Source: an uncultured Gammaproteobacteria bacterium (lineage in GTDB: Bacteria; Pseudomonadota; Gammaproteobacteria; SZUA-229). From it: a stretch of 64,000 bases of DNA. Location of the stretch: positions 16,469 to 80,468 of the forward strand of contig CAJXZZ010000002.1 of NCBI GenBank assembly GCA_913065105.1, read 5' to 3'. Below the pieces are notes generated by a model. It was not told the DNA's origin. It did not search any database and worked only from the letters and a program-made list of their open reading frames with translations. Position numbers and translations under genes: made by a program. Below are positions 10,398 through 19,494 of this stretch, one piece after another (the stretch's first letter is position 1; each line of letters opens with the position of its first letter).

Positions 10398-11612
10398 TTA
10401 TCTTCGACTCGCCTGCATCTTTAATCGCAGTGCATTAAGCTTGATAAATCCATCGGCATCTTTATGATCGTATGCCCCGTCATCATCTTCAAAGGTTGCG
10501 ATATTTTCGTCAAATAATGAATCATCCGACTTACGGCCAACAACGTCAACATTGCCTTTATATAGTTTGACGCGCACTACGCCATTGACAAATTCCTGTG
10601 ATGCATCAATCATCTTTTGCAACATCTCACGCTCTGCGCTCCACCAGTAACCGTTATAGATTAGCGACGCATAACGCGGCATCAATTCATCTTTTAAATG
10701 CGCGACTTCGCGGTCCAATGTTAATGATTCCATAGCGCGGTGTGCTCGCAACATGATGGTGCCACCCGGCGTTTCATAACAACCGCGTGACTTCATACCG
10801 ATGTAACGGTTCTCTACGATATCTAAACGACCGATACCGTTCTCACCACCGAGACGATTTAATTCTGTCAGCACCTGTGCGGGCGTCATGGTTTTACCAT
10901 CGATGGCAGCGATATCACCTTTCTCGTAGCTCAACTCGATATAGGTTGCTTTATCCGGCGCCTGTTGTGGTGATACCGTCCAGCGCCACATATCATCCTC
11001 TGCTTCCGCCCACGGATCTTCCAGTATGCCGCCTTCGTAAGATATATGAAGTAGGTTTGCGTCCATCGAATAAGGTGATTTTTTGCCTTTATTAAAATCG
11101 ACTTCGATGCCATGTTCTGCCGCATAAGTCATTAACTTTTCACGTGATAACAGATCCCACTCGCGCCATGGCGCAATCACATGCACACCGGGTTTCAATG
11201 CATACGCACCTAATTCAAAGCGTATCTGGTCATTACCTTTTCCGGTAGCACCGTGAGAGATAGCGTCCGCACCAGTCTCATTGGCAATTTCTACCATGCG
11301 TTTCGCGATTAACGGACGCGCAATCGATGTACCTAATAGATACTCACCTTCGTATACAGTGTTGGCGCGAAACATGGGAAAGACGTAATCACGAACAAAC
11401 TCTTCTTCCAGGTTTTCGATATATATTTCCTTAACACCCAGCGCTTCTGCCTTACCACGAACTGGAGCAACTTCTTCACCCTGGCCAATGTCTGCCGTAA
11501 AAGTAACAACTTCACATTGATATTCATCTTGCAACCACTTCAAAATAACCGAAGTATCAAGACCGCCTGAATAGGCAAGTACCGCTTTTTTAACATTTGC
11601 TTTCGCAGACAT
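10398..11612 (-). CDS. argG: argininosuccinate synthase
   Basis: [11 protein letters not shown]-loop. Full-length ArgG similarity, 404 aa. Confidence 0.95.
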   Translation of the reverse strand: MSAKANVKKAVLAYSGGLDTSVILKWLQDEYQCEVVTFTADIGQGEEVAPVRGKAEALGVKEIYIENLEEEFVRDYVFPMFRANTVYEGEYLLGTSIARPLIAKRMVEIANETGADAISHGATGKGNDQIRFELGAYALKPGVHVIAPWREWDLLSREKLMTYAAEHGIEVDFNKGKKSPYSMDANLLHISYEGGILEDPWAEAEDDMWRWTVSPQQAPDKATYIELSYEKGDIAAIDGKTMTPAQVLTELNRLGGENGIGRLDIVENRYIGMKSRGCYETPGGTIMLRAHRAMESLTLDREVAHLKDELMPRYASLIYNGYWWSAEREMLQKMIDASQEFVNGVVRVKLYKGNVDVVGRKSDDSLFDENIATFEDDDGAYDHKDADGFIKLNALRLKMQASRR

Positions 11613-11665
11613 GGTGTATTTCCAGTGGTGAGTTTTTAAACAAGGTGGCGATTATACTTAAAAAC

Positions 11666-11725
11666 AAAAACTTATTCACCACAGACTAGGGCAGGAAGTC
11701 AGCCGTCTGTGGTGAATAAGTTTTT
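11666..11725. repeat. perfect 21 bp inverted repeat (hairpin with an 18 nt loop) in the argG/aceE divergent intergenic region
   Basis: AAAAACTTATTCACCACAGAC ... GTCTGTGGTGAATAAGTTTTT read directly from the sequence. Confidence 0.8.
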
Positions 11726-11922
11726 AATCCATACACATCTTTCTTTACTAAGAACTATATTAAATTCGACTAAATTAGCATTAACTTCTATAATTACGCC
11801 TCTAACGCGCAGGGAAAAGCTTATATACTTCCGCGGGTTATTAATAACAATTAAAGAATTCTATTAAATCGCGCCAATTTTCAATAAAATGATGCGATTT
11901 GTACCGAATGTGCGAGACTAAG

Positions 11923-14580
11923 ATGAAAGAGTTACACGATATTGACCCACTGGAAACGCAGGAATGGCTGGATGCACTTAATGCAGTCATAGAAAATGAA
12001 GGTGTTGAACGCGCACATTTCCTACTTGAGCAGCTCATTGATGATGCTCGCCGTAATGGCGCAAATCTGCCGTTTACCAATAATACGGCTTATCTAAACA
12101 CCATCCCTACTCACCTGGAACAAACATCACCTGGTGATCGTGCACTGGAAAACCGCATCCGCTCTTTTATTCGCTGGAATGCGATGGCCATGGTGGTTCG
12201 CGCAAATAAAGAAAGTTCTGAGCTTGGCGGCCATATTGCCAGCTTTGCTTCTGCTGCAACCTTGTACGATATTGGCTTCAACCATTTCTTCCATGCACCT
12301 ACACCTGACCATGGTGGTGACCTGCTCTTCATGCAGGGCCATTCAGCCCCTGGTGCATATGGTCGCGCTTACCTGGAAGGCCGTCTGGATGAAACCCAGC
12401 TGGATAAATTCCGTCAAGAAGTTGATGGCGGCGGTTTATCATCCTACCCTCACCCATGGCTGATGCCGGACTTCTGGCAGTTCCCGACCGTATCGATGGG
12501 CCTTGGCCCGATCATGGCTATCTACCAGGCACGCTTTATGAAGTACCTGCAGGATCGCGGACTTGCTAAAACAAAAGGCCGAAAAGTCTGGGCATTCTGT
12601 GGCGACGGTGAGATGGATGAGCCTGAATCGCTGGGCGCAATATCTCTTGGCGGTCGTGAAAAACTGGACAACCTGATATTTGTTATCAACTGTAACCTGC
12701 AACGCCTGGATGGGCCAGTACGTGGTAACGGTAAAATTATCCAGGAACTTGAATCGGTATTTCGCGGCTCCGGCTGGAACGTGATCAAAGTTATCTGGGG
12801 TTCCTACTGGGATCCGCTGCTTGCCAAAGACAAAGATGGCTTACTGCAAAAACGTATGGCAGAAGTTGTGGATGGTGATTACCAGAACTACAAAGCCAAA
12901 GATGGCGCTTTCGTACGTGAGCACTTTTTCAATTCACCCGAATTAAAAGCCATGGTTGCACATATGTCAGACGAAGATGTCTGGCGCTTAAATCGTGGCG
13001 GCCATGATCCACATAAAGTTTACGCGGCATACAAACAGGCTGTTGACCACAAAGATCAACCCACAGTTATCCTGACCAAAACCGTAAAAGGTTATGGTAT
13101 GGGCGAAGCCGGTGAAGGCCAGAACGCCACCCATTCACAGAAGAAGATGAACATCGAGGCGCTTGCCACATTCGCCAAACGTTTCAACATTCCACTGACT
13201 GACGAACAGATCGAAAAAGCCGAATACTATAAACCGGCCGAAGACAGCCCTGAACTGCAATACATGCAGGCACAGCGTAAAAAGTTAGGTGGTTACCTGC
13301 CTTCTCGTACACATTTGGCCGCGCCGCTAGAGGTGCCCGAGCTATCCACTTTTTCGGCCCTGTTAGAAGGTTCTGGTGAACGCGAAATGTCAACCACGAT
13401 GGCCTTTGTTCGCATCCTTACTTCACTGGCGCGTGACAAGAAAATCGGCAAAAACGTCGTCCCTATCGTGCCAGATGAAGCTCGTACTTTCGGTATGGAA
13501 GGCATGTTCCGTCAACTTGGCATTTACTCTTCCGTGGGTCAGTTATACGAACCACAGGATAAAGCCCAGGTGATGTTCTACAAGGAAGACAAGAACGGAC
13601 AGATTTTAGAAGAAGGCATCAACGAAGCCGGCGCGATGTCTTCATGGATTGCTGCTGCCACCGCGTACAGTTCGCATGGCGTTAACATGATCCCTTTTTA
13701 CATCTATTACTCCATGTTTGGTTTCCAACGTATCGGTGACCTGGCATGGGCAGCGGGTGATATGCAGGCACGCGGTTTCTTAATCGGTGCCACGGCTGGC
13801 CGAACCACACTTGCCGGTGAAGGCCTGCAGCATCAGGACGGTCATAGTTTGATCCAGGCATCGACCATCCCTAACTGCGTTGCTTATGACCCCTGTTTTG
13901 CTTATGAACTTACCGTCATCATCCATGATGGTATGCGCCGTATGGTTCAGGAACAGGAAAATGTGTACTACTACATTACCTCGATGAACGAAAACTACGT
14001 CATGCCTGCGATGCCAAAAGGGGCCGAAGCTGGCATCTTAAAAGGCATATACTCTCTCAGTAAAGATAAAGCCAAAAAAGGTGAAAACAAAATTCAGTTA
14101 TTTGGCAGCGGAACCATTCTGCGTGAAGTTATCGAAGCAGCGGAACTGCTTAAGAAAGACTGGAAAGTCAGCGCTGACGTATGGAGCATTACCAGCTACA
14201 ACGAACTAGCGCGTGAAGCGGTAGATTGCGAACGCTGGAACATGTTGAACCCAGGCAAAAAAGCCCGCGTACCTTATATCACACAGCAATTGAAAGATTG
14301 TGAAGGCCCGGTGGTTTCATCATCAGACTACATTCGCACTGTTTCAAATCAGGTTCGCCAGTACGTACCAGCAACATACACCGTGCTCGGTACTGATGGT
14401 TTCGGTCGCTCAGATACGCGTAAAAATTTACGCCGGCACTTCGAAGTGAACAGTCACTATGTAACCGTAGCCGCACTGAAAACCCTGGCTGACGAAGGCA
14501 CTATACCTGCATCAAAAGTTAGCGAAGCAATCAAGAAGTACAAAATTGACACAAACAAACCTAATCCGCTTTACGCGTAG
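11923..14580 (+). CDS. aceE: pyruvate dehydrogenase E1 component
   Basis: About 885 aa homodimeric E1. The N-terminus MKELHDIDPLETQEWLDAL aligns with E. coli AceE (DPIETRDWLQA). The in-frame ATG at 11899 is an alternative start. Confidence 0.93.
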   Translation: MKELHDIDPLETQEWLDALNAVIENEGVERAHFLLEQLIDDARRNGANLPFTNNTAYLNTIPTHLEQTSPGDRALENRIRSFIRWNAMAMVVRANKESSELGGHIASFASAATLYDIGFNHFFHAPTPDHGGDLLFMQGHSAPGAYGRAYLEGRLDETQLDKFRQEVDGGGLSSYPHPWLMPDFWQFPTVSMGLGPIMAIYQARFMKYLQDRGLAKTKGRKVWAFCGDGEMDEPESLGAISLGGREKLDNLIFVINCNLQRLDGPVRGNGKIIQELESVFRGSGWNVIKVIWGSYWDPLLAKDKDGLLQKRMAEVVDGDYQNYKAKDGAFVREHFFNSPELKAMVAHMSDEDVWRLNRGGHDPHKVYAAYKQAVDHKDQPTVILTKTVKGYGMGEAGEGQNATHSQKKMNIEALATFAKRFNIPLTDEQIEKAEYYKPAEDSPELQYMQAQRKKLGGYLPSRTHLAAPLEVPELSTFSALLEGSGEREMSTTMAFVRILTSLARDKKIGKNVVPIVPDEARTFGMEGMFRQLGIYSSVGQLYEPQDKAQVMFYKEDKNGQILEEGINEAGAMSSWIAAATAYSSHGVNMIPFYIYYSMFGFQRIGDLAWAAGDMQARGFLIGATAGRTTLAGEGLQHQDGHSLIQASTIPNCVAYDPCFAYELTVIIHDGMRRMVQEQENVYYYITSMNENYVMPAMPKGAEAGILKGIYSLSKDKAKKGENKIQLFGSGTILREVIEAAELLKKDWKVSADVWSITSYNELAREAVDCERWNMLNPGKKARVPYITQQLKDCEGPVVSSSDYIRTVSNQVRQYVPATYTVLGTDGFGRSDTRKNLRRHFEVNSHYVTVAALKTLADEGTIPASKVSEAIKKYKIDTNKPNPLYA

Positions 14581-14597
14581 TTATCAGGTATAAGCAC

Positions 14598-15917
14598 ATG
14601 GCAGAAATTAAAGACATTCTTGTTCCTGATATTGGCGATTTTGATGGCGTTGAAGTTATCGAAATTCTGGTTGCCGTGGGTGACCAGATAGCTGTTGAAG
14701 ACCCTATTGCTTCACTGGAGTCCGACAAAGCGGCGATGGAAATTCCATCCCCCTTTGCTGGCACCGTTAAAGAAGTAAAAATTAGTATTGGTGACAAAGT
14801 TTCCGAAGGCAACTTACTTATCACATTAGAAGTCTCAGAGGACAACAGCGCAGCAATCGAAGTGCCGGCTACTACAACATCACCTGCGAAAGAAGAAAAA
14901 GCTGCCACACCTGCACCAGCGGCATCCCCAGCACCTAAGGCAGCGGCACCAGCAACACCACGCCCTTCTCCTACAGCCAACGTAAGCATTAATGAAGACG
15001 GTTTTAGAAAAGCCCACGCTAGCCCATCAGTGAGAAAATTTGCCCGTGAATTAGGCGCTGACCTTTCACAGATGACTGGCACTGGCGAAAAAAATCGCAT
15101 TCTAAAAGAAGATGTAAAAACTTGGGTCAAACAAGCTCTAGCGCAAGGTAATAGCGGTGGTGGTCTTGGCGTCGAACCCATGCCAGAGATAGATTTTAGC
15201 CAGTTCGGTGAAATAGAAACACAGGCATTAACCCGCATCAATAAATTAACCGGTAAATTCCTGCACCGTAACTGGGTAACCGTTCCACATGTGACGCAAT
15301 TTGACGAATCCGATATTTCTGAACTAGAAAAATTTCGCAAACAGCTGAACGAAGAAAACAAAAAAAATGGCACGCGTATAACCGTTTTAGCTTTTTTGAT
15401 GAAAGCACTTGTCTCTGCACTAAAAGAATTCCCGCGTTTCAATTCTTCACTGGATCACACAGGCGAAAACCTTATCCTGAAACAATACGTCAATATCGGC
15501 GTTGCCATGGATACACCCGATGGGCTGGTCGTACCGGTTATCCGTGATTGTGATCGAAAATCACTAATCGAACTTGCACAAGAACTGGTCGACACCAGTC
15601 AACGTGCACGCGATAAAAAATTATCACCCACTGATATGTCTGGTGGTTGTATCACGATTTCCAGTCTTGGCGGTATTGGCGGCACTGCATTCACCCCTAT
15701 CGTTAACGCGCCTGAAGTTGCTATTTTGGGCGTGTCGCGCTCAAGCATAAAACCTGTTTACATAAAAAATAATGATGGTGACGGTGAATTTGTACCGCGT
15801 TTGATGTTACCGCTTTCATTATCTTACGATCACCGTGTTATCGATGGCGCTGATGGTGCACGCTTCACTTCTTACTTAAGCTCCGTGTTATCTGATACAC
15901 GTCGCCTGTTGTTATAG
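14598..15917 (+). CDS. aceF: dihydrolipoamide acetyltransferase E2 with a single lipoyl domain
   Basis: Lipoyl-lysine motif SLESDKAAMEIPSPFAG, an Ala/Pro-rich linker, and the catalytic DHRVIDGA motif. Confidence 0.92.
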   Translation: MAEIKDILVPDIGDFDGVEVIEILVAVGDQIAVEDPIASLESDKAAMEIPSPFAGTVKEVKISIGDKVSEGNLLITLEVSEDNSAAIEVPATTTSPAKEEKAATPAPAASPAPKAAAPATPRPSPTANVSINEDGFRKAHASPSVRKFARELGADLSQMTGTGEKNRILKEDVKTWVKQALAQGNSGGGLGVEPMPEIDFSQFGEIETQALTRINKLTGKFLHRNWVTVPHVTQFDESDISELEKFRKQLNEENKKNGTRITVLAFLMKALVSALKEFPRFNSSLDHTGENLILKQYVNIGVAMDTPDGLVVPVIRDCDRKSLIELAQELVDTSQRARDKKLSPTDMSGGCITISSLGGIGGTAFTPIVNAPEVAILGVSRSSIKPVYIKNNDGDGEFVPRLMLPLSLSYDHRVIDGADGARFTSYLSSVLSDTRRLLL

Positions 15918-15936
15918 ATGGCCTTAGGAAATTTCC

Positions 15937-17688
15937 ATGAGTAAAATAGTTAACGTAGAAGTTCCTGATATAGGCGACTATACCGATGTCGATATTATCG
16001 AAGTACTGGTTAATGCAGGTGACGTCATCGCAAAAGAAGATGCACTCATCACACTGGAATCTGACAAAGCCACCATTGAGATCCCCTCACCTTCTTCCGG
16101 CACGGTGAAAGAAGTTGTAGTCAATGTTAGCGATAAAGTCAGTCAGGGCCAGTTGATTTTAAAACTGGAAGTCACTGAAAGTGATGGCGCTTCGGCCGAA
16201 CAAACAGCTGACAACACTGAAACAAAGGCAGCAGAAACACCTGCACCCGTAGCAGCACCAGCTGCACCTGCGGGTGATAGCGACTTACATGCTGAAGTCG
16301 TGGTTCTCGGTTCAGGCCCCGGCGGTTACACCGCGGCTTTCCGCGCGGCCGATCTGGGTAAAAAAGTTATCCTCATCGAGAAATATGACAGCATCGGCGG
16401 CGTCTGTTTAAACGTTGGCTGCATCCCTTCAAAAGCCCTGTTACATACTGCTGAAATAATTAACGAAGCTGCAGAGATGGCCGATCACGGCATCGACTTC
16501 GGCAAGCCAAAAATCGATATTAAAAAACTCGCCGGTTTCAAAAACAAAGTCATCAAACAATTGACCGGTGGCCTTGCTGGTTTAGCTAAACAACGCAAAG
16601 TCCAGATCATCACCGGTTACGGTAAATTTACCTCGGCGCACACGATCGAAGTTACCGGCAAGGATGGCAGTCAAAACATTTCTTTTGACAATGCGATTAT
16701 TGCCGCCGGTTCATCGGTATTCAAAATCCCCGGTTTTCCTTATGATGATGAACGTTTGATGGATTCGACCGGCGCGCTGGAACTGGCAGACATTCCAAAA
16801 CGCTTACTTGTTATCGGTGGCGGCATCATCGGTCTGGAAATGGCGACCGTTTATGACGCACTCGGCTCCAAAGTTTCTGTGGTCGAACTATCACCTGGTT
16901 TGATACCTGGCTGCGATCCCGACCTGGTTCGTCCATTGATGAAACGCGTTAAAAAACGTTATGAGAATATCTGGTTAAATTCAAAAGTCACTGCTATCGA
17001 AGCACAGAAAAAAGGTTTGAAAGTTTCCTTTGAAGGCAAAGGCATTCCCGAAAACGATACCTTCGATCGCGTATTACTCGCTGTCGGCCGCAGCCCCAAT
17101 GGAAAATTAATTGATGCCGATAAAGCCGGCGTCGTCGTCGACGAACGTGGTTTTATCTCTGTTGATAAACAACAACGTACTAACGTGAATCATATCTTTG
17201 CTATCGGTGATATCGTCGGCCAACCCATGCTTGCGCACAAGGCAACACACGAAGCGAAAACTGCCGCAGAAGTTATATCCGGCATGAAATCTTATTTCGA
17301 TGCCAAAGCTATTCCTTCTGTTGCTTATACCGATCCAGAAATTTCATGGATGGGTTTAACCGAAGAACAGGCAAAAGCAGATGGTGTCGAATATACCAAA
17401 GGTGTTTTCCCATGGGCAGCCAGCGGTCGCTCTTTAAGTATCGGGCGCAGCGAAGGCATCACCAAACTTTTGTTTGATAAAAATACACACAAAATTATCG
17501 GCGCAGGCATGGTCGGTACTAACGCAGGTGAACTTATCGCAGAAGCCGTATTAGCACTGGAAATGGGTGCCGACATCGAGGACATCGCGTTGACCGTGCA
17601 CCCGCATCCGACACTGTCAGAAACCTTCAACTTTGCGGCTGAAATGGCTGAAGGTACCATTACTGATCTGTACATCCCCAAAAAATAA
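15937..17688 (+). CDS. lpdA: dihydrolipoamide dehydrogenase E3 with an N-terminal lipoyl domain
   Basis: N-terminal lipoyl domain (TLESDKATIEIPSP) and AP-rich linker. FAD-binding GSGPGGY and the redox-active disulfide GGVCLNVGCIPSK follow. Confidence 0.92.
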   Translation: MSKIVNVEVPDIGDYTDVDIIEVLVNAGDVIAKEDALITLESDKATIEIPSPSSGTVKEVVVNVSDKVSQGQLILKLEVTESDGASAEQTADNTETKAAETPAPVAAPAAPAGDSDLHAEVVVLGSGPGGYTAAFRAADLGKKVILIEKYDSIGGVCLNVGCIPSKALLHTAEIINEAAEMADHGIDFGKPKIDIKKLAGFKNKVIKQLTGGLAGLAKQRKVQIITGYGKFTSAHTIEVTGKDGSQNISFDNAIIAAGSSVFKIPGFPYDDERLMDSTGALELADIPKRLLVIGGGIIGLEMATVYDALGSKVSVVELSPGLIPGCDPDLVRPLMKRVKKRYENIWLNSKVTAIEAQKKGLKVSFEGKGIPENDTFDRVLLAVGRSPNGKLIDADKAGVVVDERGFISVDKQQRTNVNHIFAIGDIVGQPMLAHKATHEAKTAAEVISGMKSYFDAKAIPSVAYTDPEISWMGLTEEQAKADGVEYTKGVFPWAASGRSLSIGRSEGITKLLFDKNTHKIIGAGMVGTNAGELIAEAVLALEMGADIEDIALTVHPHPTLSETFNFAAEMAEGTITDLYIPKK

Positions 17689-17726
17689 TCAACAAATATT
17701 TTCGATAAAAATGCTAGAGTTATTTG

Positions 17727-18647
17727 ATGAGCAGATCATCAGATAACGACCCAACAAATAGTCAATGCGCCATCATGTTTGCCGATATTGCCGGCAGCAC
17801 AAGACTCTACAATCAACTGGGTGATAACAAAGCCGAAGCACTTATCTCCCAGCGCCTAACCGCCATGCAAAACATCACCTCAAACCACAATGGCCGCGTG
17901 ATAAAAACGATCGGTGATGAGATCATGTGTCAGTTCCCTACTGCAGTGCAGGCTACTTTTGCCGCCAAAGAAATGCACATAGATAAAGCCACAAACAATG
18001 AAACAGAAGCGCTTGATATACGCATAGGTTTACATTTTGGCAATGCCATTGAAAAAGATGGCGACATCTATGGTGATGCCGTTAATATCGCCGCTCGCAT
18101 GACAACCATCGCCAGAACCAATCAGATAATTACCACCGAAAACTTCATTCGATTATTAGACAAAGATTTAACCAGCAATACGCGGCTATTTGATCATACC
18201 CGTGTAAAAGGCATCGATGAAGCAATGAAAATCTATCAGATTCTATGGGAAGAGGACAACGTTACAACGGTCGCAACCACTCAAAATATTCAGCAGATAT
18301 TACAGGCAAAAGTTTCTATCGTTTTTAAATTCGGCGGCAAAGAAAATTTTTACACGGGCGATGACATCAACAGACCATTAAGTATTGGTCGTGACAGCTC
18401 CTGCGACATGACCATCGATTCAAAAGTCGCTTCACGCTCACACGTTAATCTGGAATTTCGTCGAGGAAAATTTGTTCTTATTGACCATAGCACCAACGGT
18501 ACTTATGTGAAATTCAAACAGCAGAATGAAATATTTATTCGCCGCGAAGAACTGCCTTTAATGGGTGAAGGTTATATCAGCCTGGGGGAACGTTATAAGG
18601 AAAAAAATACCACGAATATTTACTACAGCGTTCTTCAAAAAACATAA
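17727..18647 (+). CDS. class III adenylate/guanylate cyclase domain fused to a C-terminal FHA domain
   Basis: Cyclase motifs FADIAGST, KTIGDE and GLHFGNAIEKDGDIYGDAVNIAARM. FHA motifs LSIGRDSSCDMTID...SRSHVNLEF...STNGTYV. The ATG at 17727 is preferred over the TTG at 17724. It starts 36 bp after lpd. Confidence 0.75.
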   Translation: MSRSSDNDPTNSQCAIMFADIAGSTRLYNQLGDNKAEALISQRLTAMQNITSNHNGRVIKTIGDEIMCQFPTAVQATFAAKEMHIDKATNNETEALDIRIGLHFGNAIEKDGDIYGDAVNIAARMTTIARTNQIITTENFIRLLDKDLTSNTRLFDHTRVKGIDEAMKIYQILWEEDNVTTVATTQNIQQILQAKVSIVFKFGGKENFYTGDDINRPLSIGRDSSCDMTIDSKVASRSHVNLEFRRGKFVLIDHSTNGTYVKFKQQNEIFIRREELPLMGEGYISLGERYKEKNTTNIYYSVLQKT

Positions 18648-18771
18648 AAACTCATTCCCCGCCAGGAATAAAAAAGCTTTTGCTCATATAACCCTCCAGG
18701 CACCACCCATTAGAAATTAAAAATATTGCTTGATTACCCAGCAAACATTCTCTTACAATACACTTAAATGA

Positions 18772-18786
18772 GAACTTTTTGAGAAC
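18772..18786. promoter_or_regulatory. GAAC-N7-GAAC direct repeat immediately upstream of the lexA start, a candidate LexA operator
   Basis: The sequence GAACTTTTTGAGAAC lies 13 bp before the ATG. No CTGT-N8-ACAG box was found. Confidence 0.25.
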
Positions 18787-18798
18787 AAATGAATCCGC

Positions 18799-19404
18799 AT
18801 GCAAGCACTCACAGATAAACAACAACTTACACTGGATTTTATCCAGCGCTACATCGCCATACATACGGTAGCACCCAAACTGCAGGAGATTGCCGAAGGC
18901 ATAGGCATCAGCTCCCGAGGCGTTGCACATCGCTATGTGCAAGCGCTTATTGATAGCGGCTTTATCACCATGCATAGCGGTAAACACCGCGGTATTCGAC
19001 TACGCAGGCCCAGCACGCACAACATTGAATCGGTATTACCATTGCTGGGAAAAATTGCTGCCGGCAAACCCATCGAAGCCATTCCTGGCGAAGATCAAAT
19101 TGATCTTCGTGATTTTTTTGGACACAACAATTTTGCCGTACGCGTACAGGGGGACTCTATGATTGAAGCCGGCATTATGGACGGTGATACCGTCATCATA
19201 GAATTCCGCGAAACCGCCGATGACGGTGATATTGTGGTCGCGCTGATCGATGAAAACGAGACCACGCTGAAACGTTTTAAACGCAGCAACAAAGGCCGTT
19301 ACATCAAGCTCATCCCGGCCAACAAAGACATGGAAGAGATGGTATACGAAGCCAGTCGAATCCGGATTCAGGGCGTGCTGATCGGGCAATTACGGAAATA
19401 TTAA
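18799..19404 (+). CDS. lexA: SOS repressor LexA
   Basis: N-terminal wHTH region MQALTDKQQLTLDFIQRYI aligns to E. coli LexA. Ala-Gly cleavage site (KIAAGKP), Ser nucleophile (GDSM) and a C-terminal S24 peptidase Lys are present. Confidence 0.9.
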   Translation: MQALTDKQQLTLDFIQRYIAIHTVAPKLQEIAEGIGISSRGVAHRYVQALIDSGFITMHSGKHRGIRLRRPSTHNIESVLPLLGKIAAGKPIEAIPGEDQIDLRDFFGHNNFAVRVQGDSMIEAGIMDGDTVIIEFRETADDGDIVVALIDENETTLKRFKRSNKGRYIKLIPANKDMEEMVYEASRIRIQGVLIGQLRKY

Positions 19405-19409
19405 AAACT

Positions 19410-19433
19410 AGTTGGCAGTTGGCAGTTGGCAGT
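19410..19433. repeat. tandem (A)GTTGGCAG x3 motif directly after the lexA stop
   Basis: AGTTGGCAGTTGGCAGTTGGCAGT. The same octamer builds the inverted-repeat element at 54121-54283. Confidence 0.8.
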
Positions 19434-19494
19434 AATTTTAAAAAACAAAAATACATCAATCCACTTTTACTGATAACCGCCTACTGACAAACTA

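Noticed and set aside
11666-11725. The 21 bp palindrome as an ArgR (ARG box) operator for argG
   Set aside because: It contains TGAAT/ATTCA pentamers, but they are 34 bp apart and in the opposite relative order to the 18 bp ARG box TGAAT-N4-ATTCA.
461-13573. Numerous 60-160 aa ORFs overlapping or antisense to confirmed genes, for example 461-658, 2016-2267, 8876-9352, 12134-12463 and 38759-39169
   Set aside because: They are embedded in the wrong frame or strand of high-confidence conserved genes. They have no homology signal and are typical six-frame noise.
14561-15442. 293 aa minus-strand ORF antisense to aceF
   Set aside because: It lies entirely antisense to the strongly supported aceF gene. 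It is an artefact of the Ala/Pro-rich lipoyl linker, which reads open on the opposite strand.
17727-18647. The cyclase considered as a Pycsar or CBASS-type defence cyclase
   Set aside because: The fused C-terminal domain is FHA, not a cNMP-binding effector. No effector gene (TM, TIR or nuclease with a cNMP-binding domain) is adjacent. The neighbours are lpd and lexA. It more likely has a signalling role.
19410-19433. The TGGCA-containing GTTGGCAG repeats (also 54121-54283) considered as sigma-54 (-24/-12) promoters, given that rpoN is in the window
   Set aside because: The GG-to-GC spacing in TGGCAGttatcagTTGGCA is about 15 nt rather than the required 10-11 nt. The TTGCW -12 element is absent. 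The tandem and inverted arrangement fits a repeat element better.
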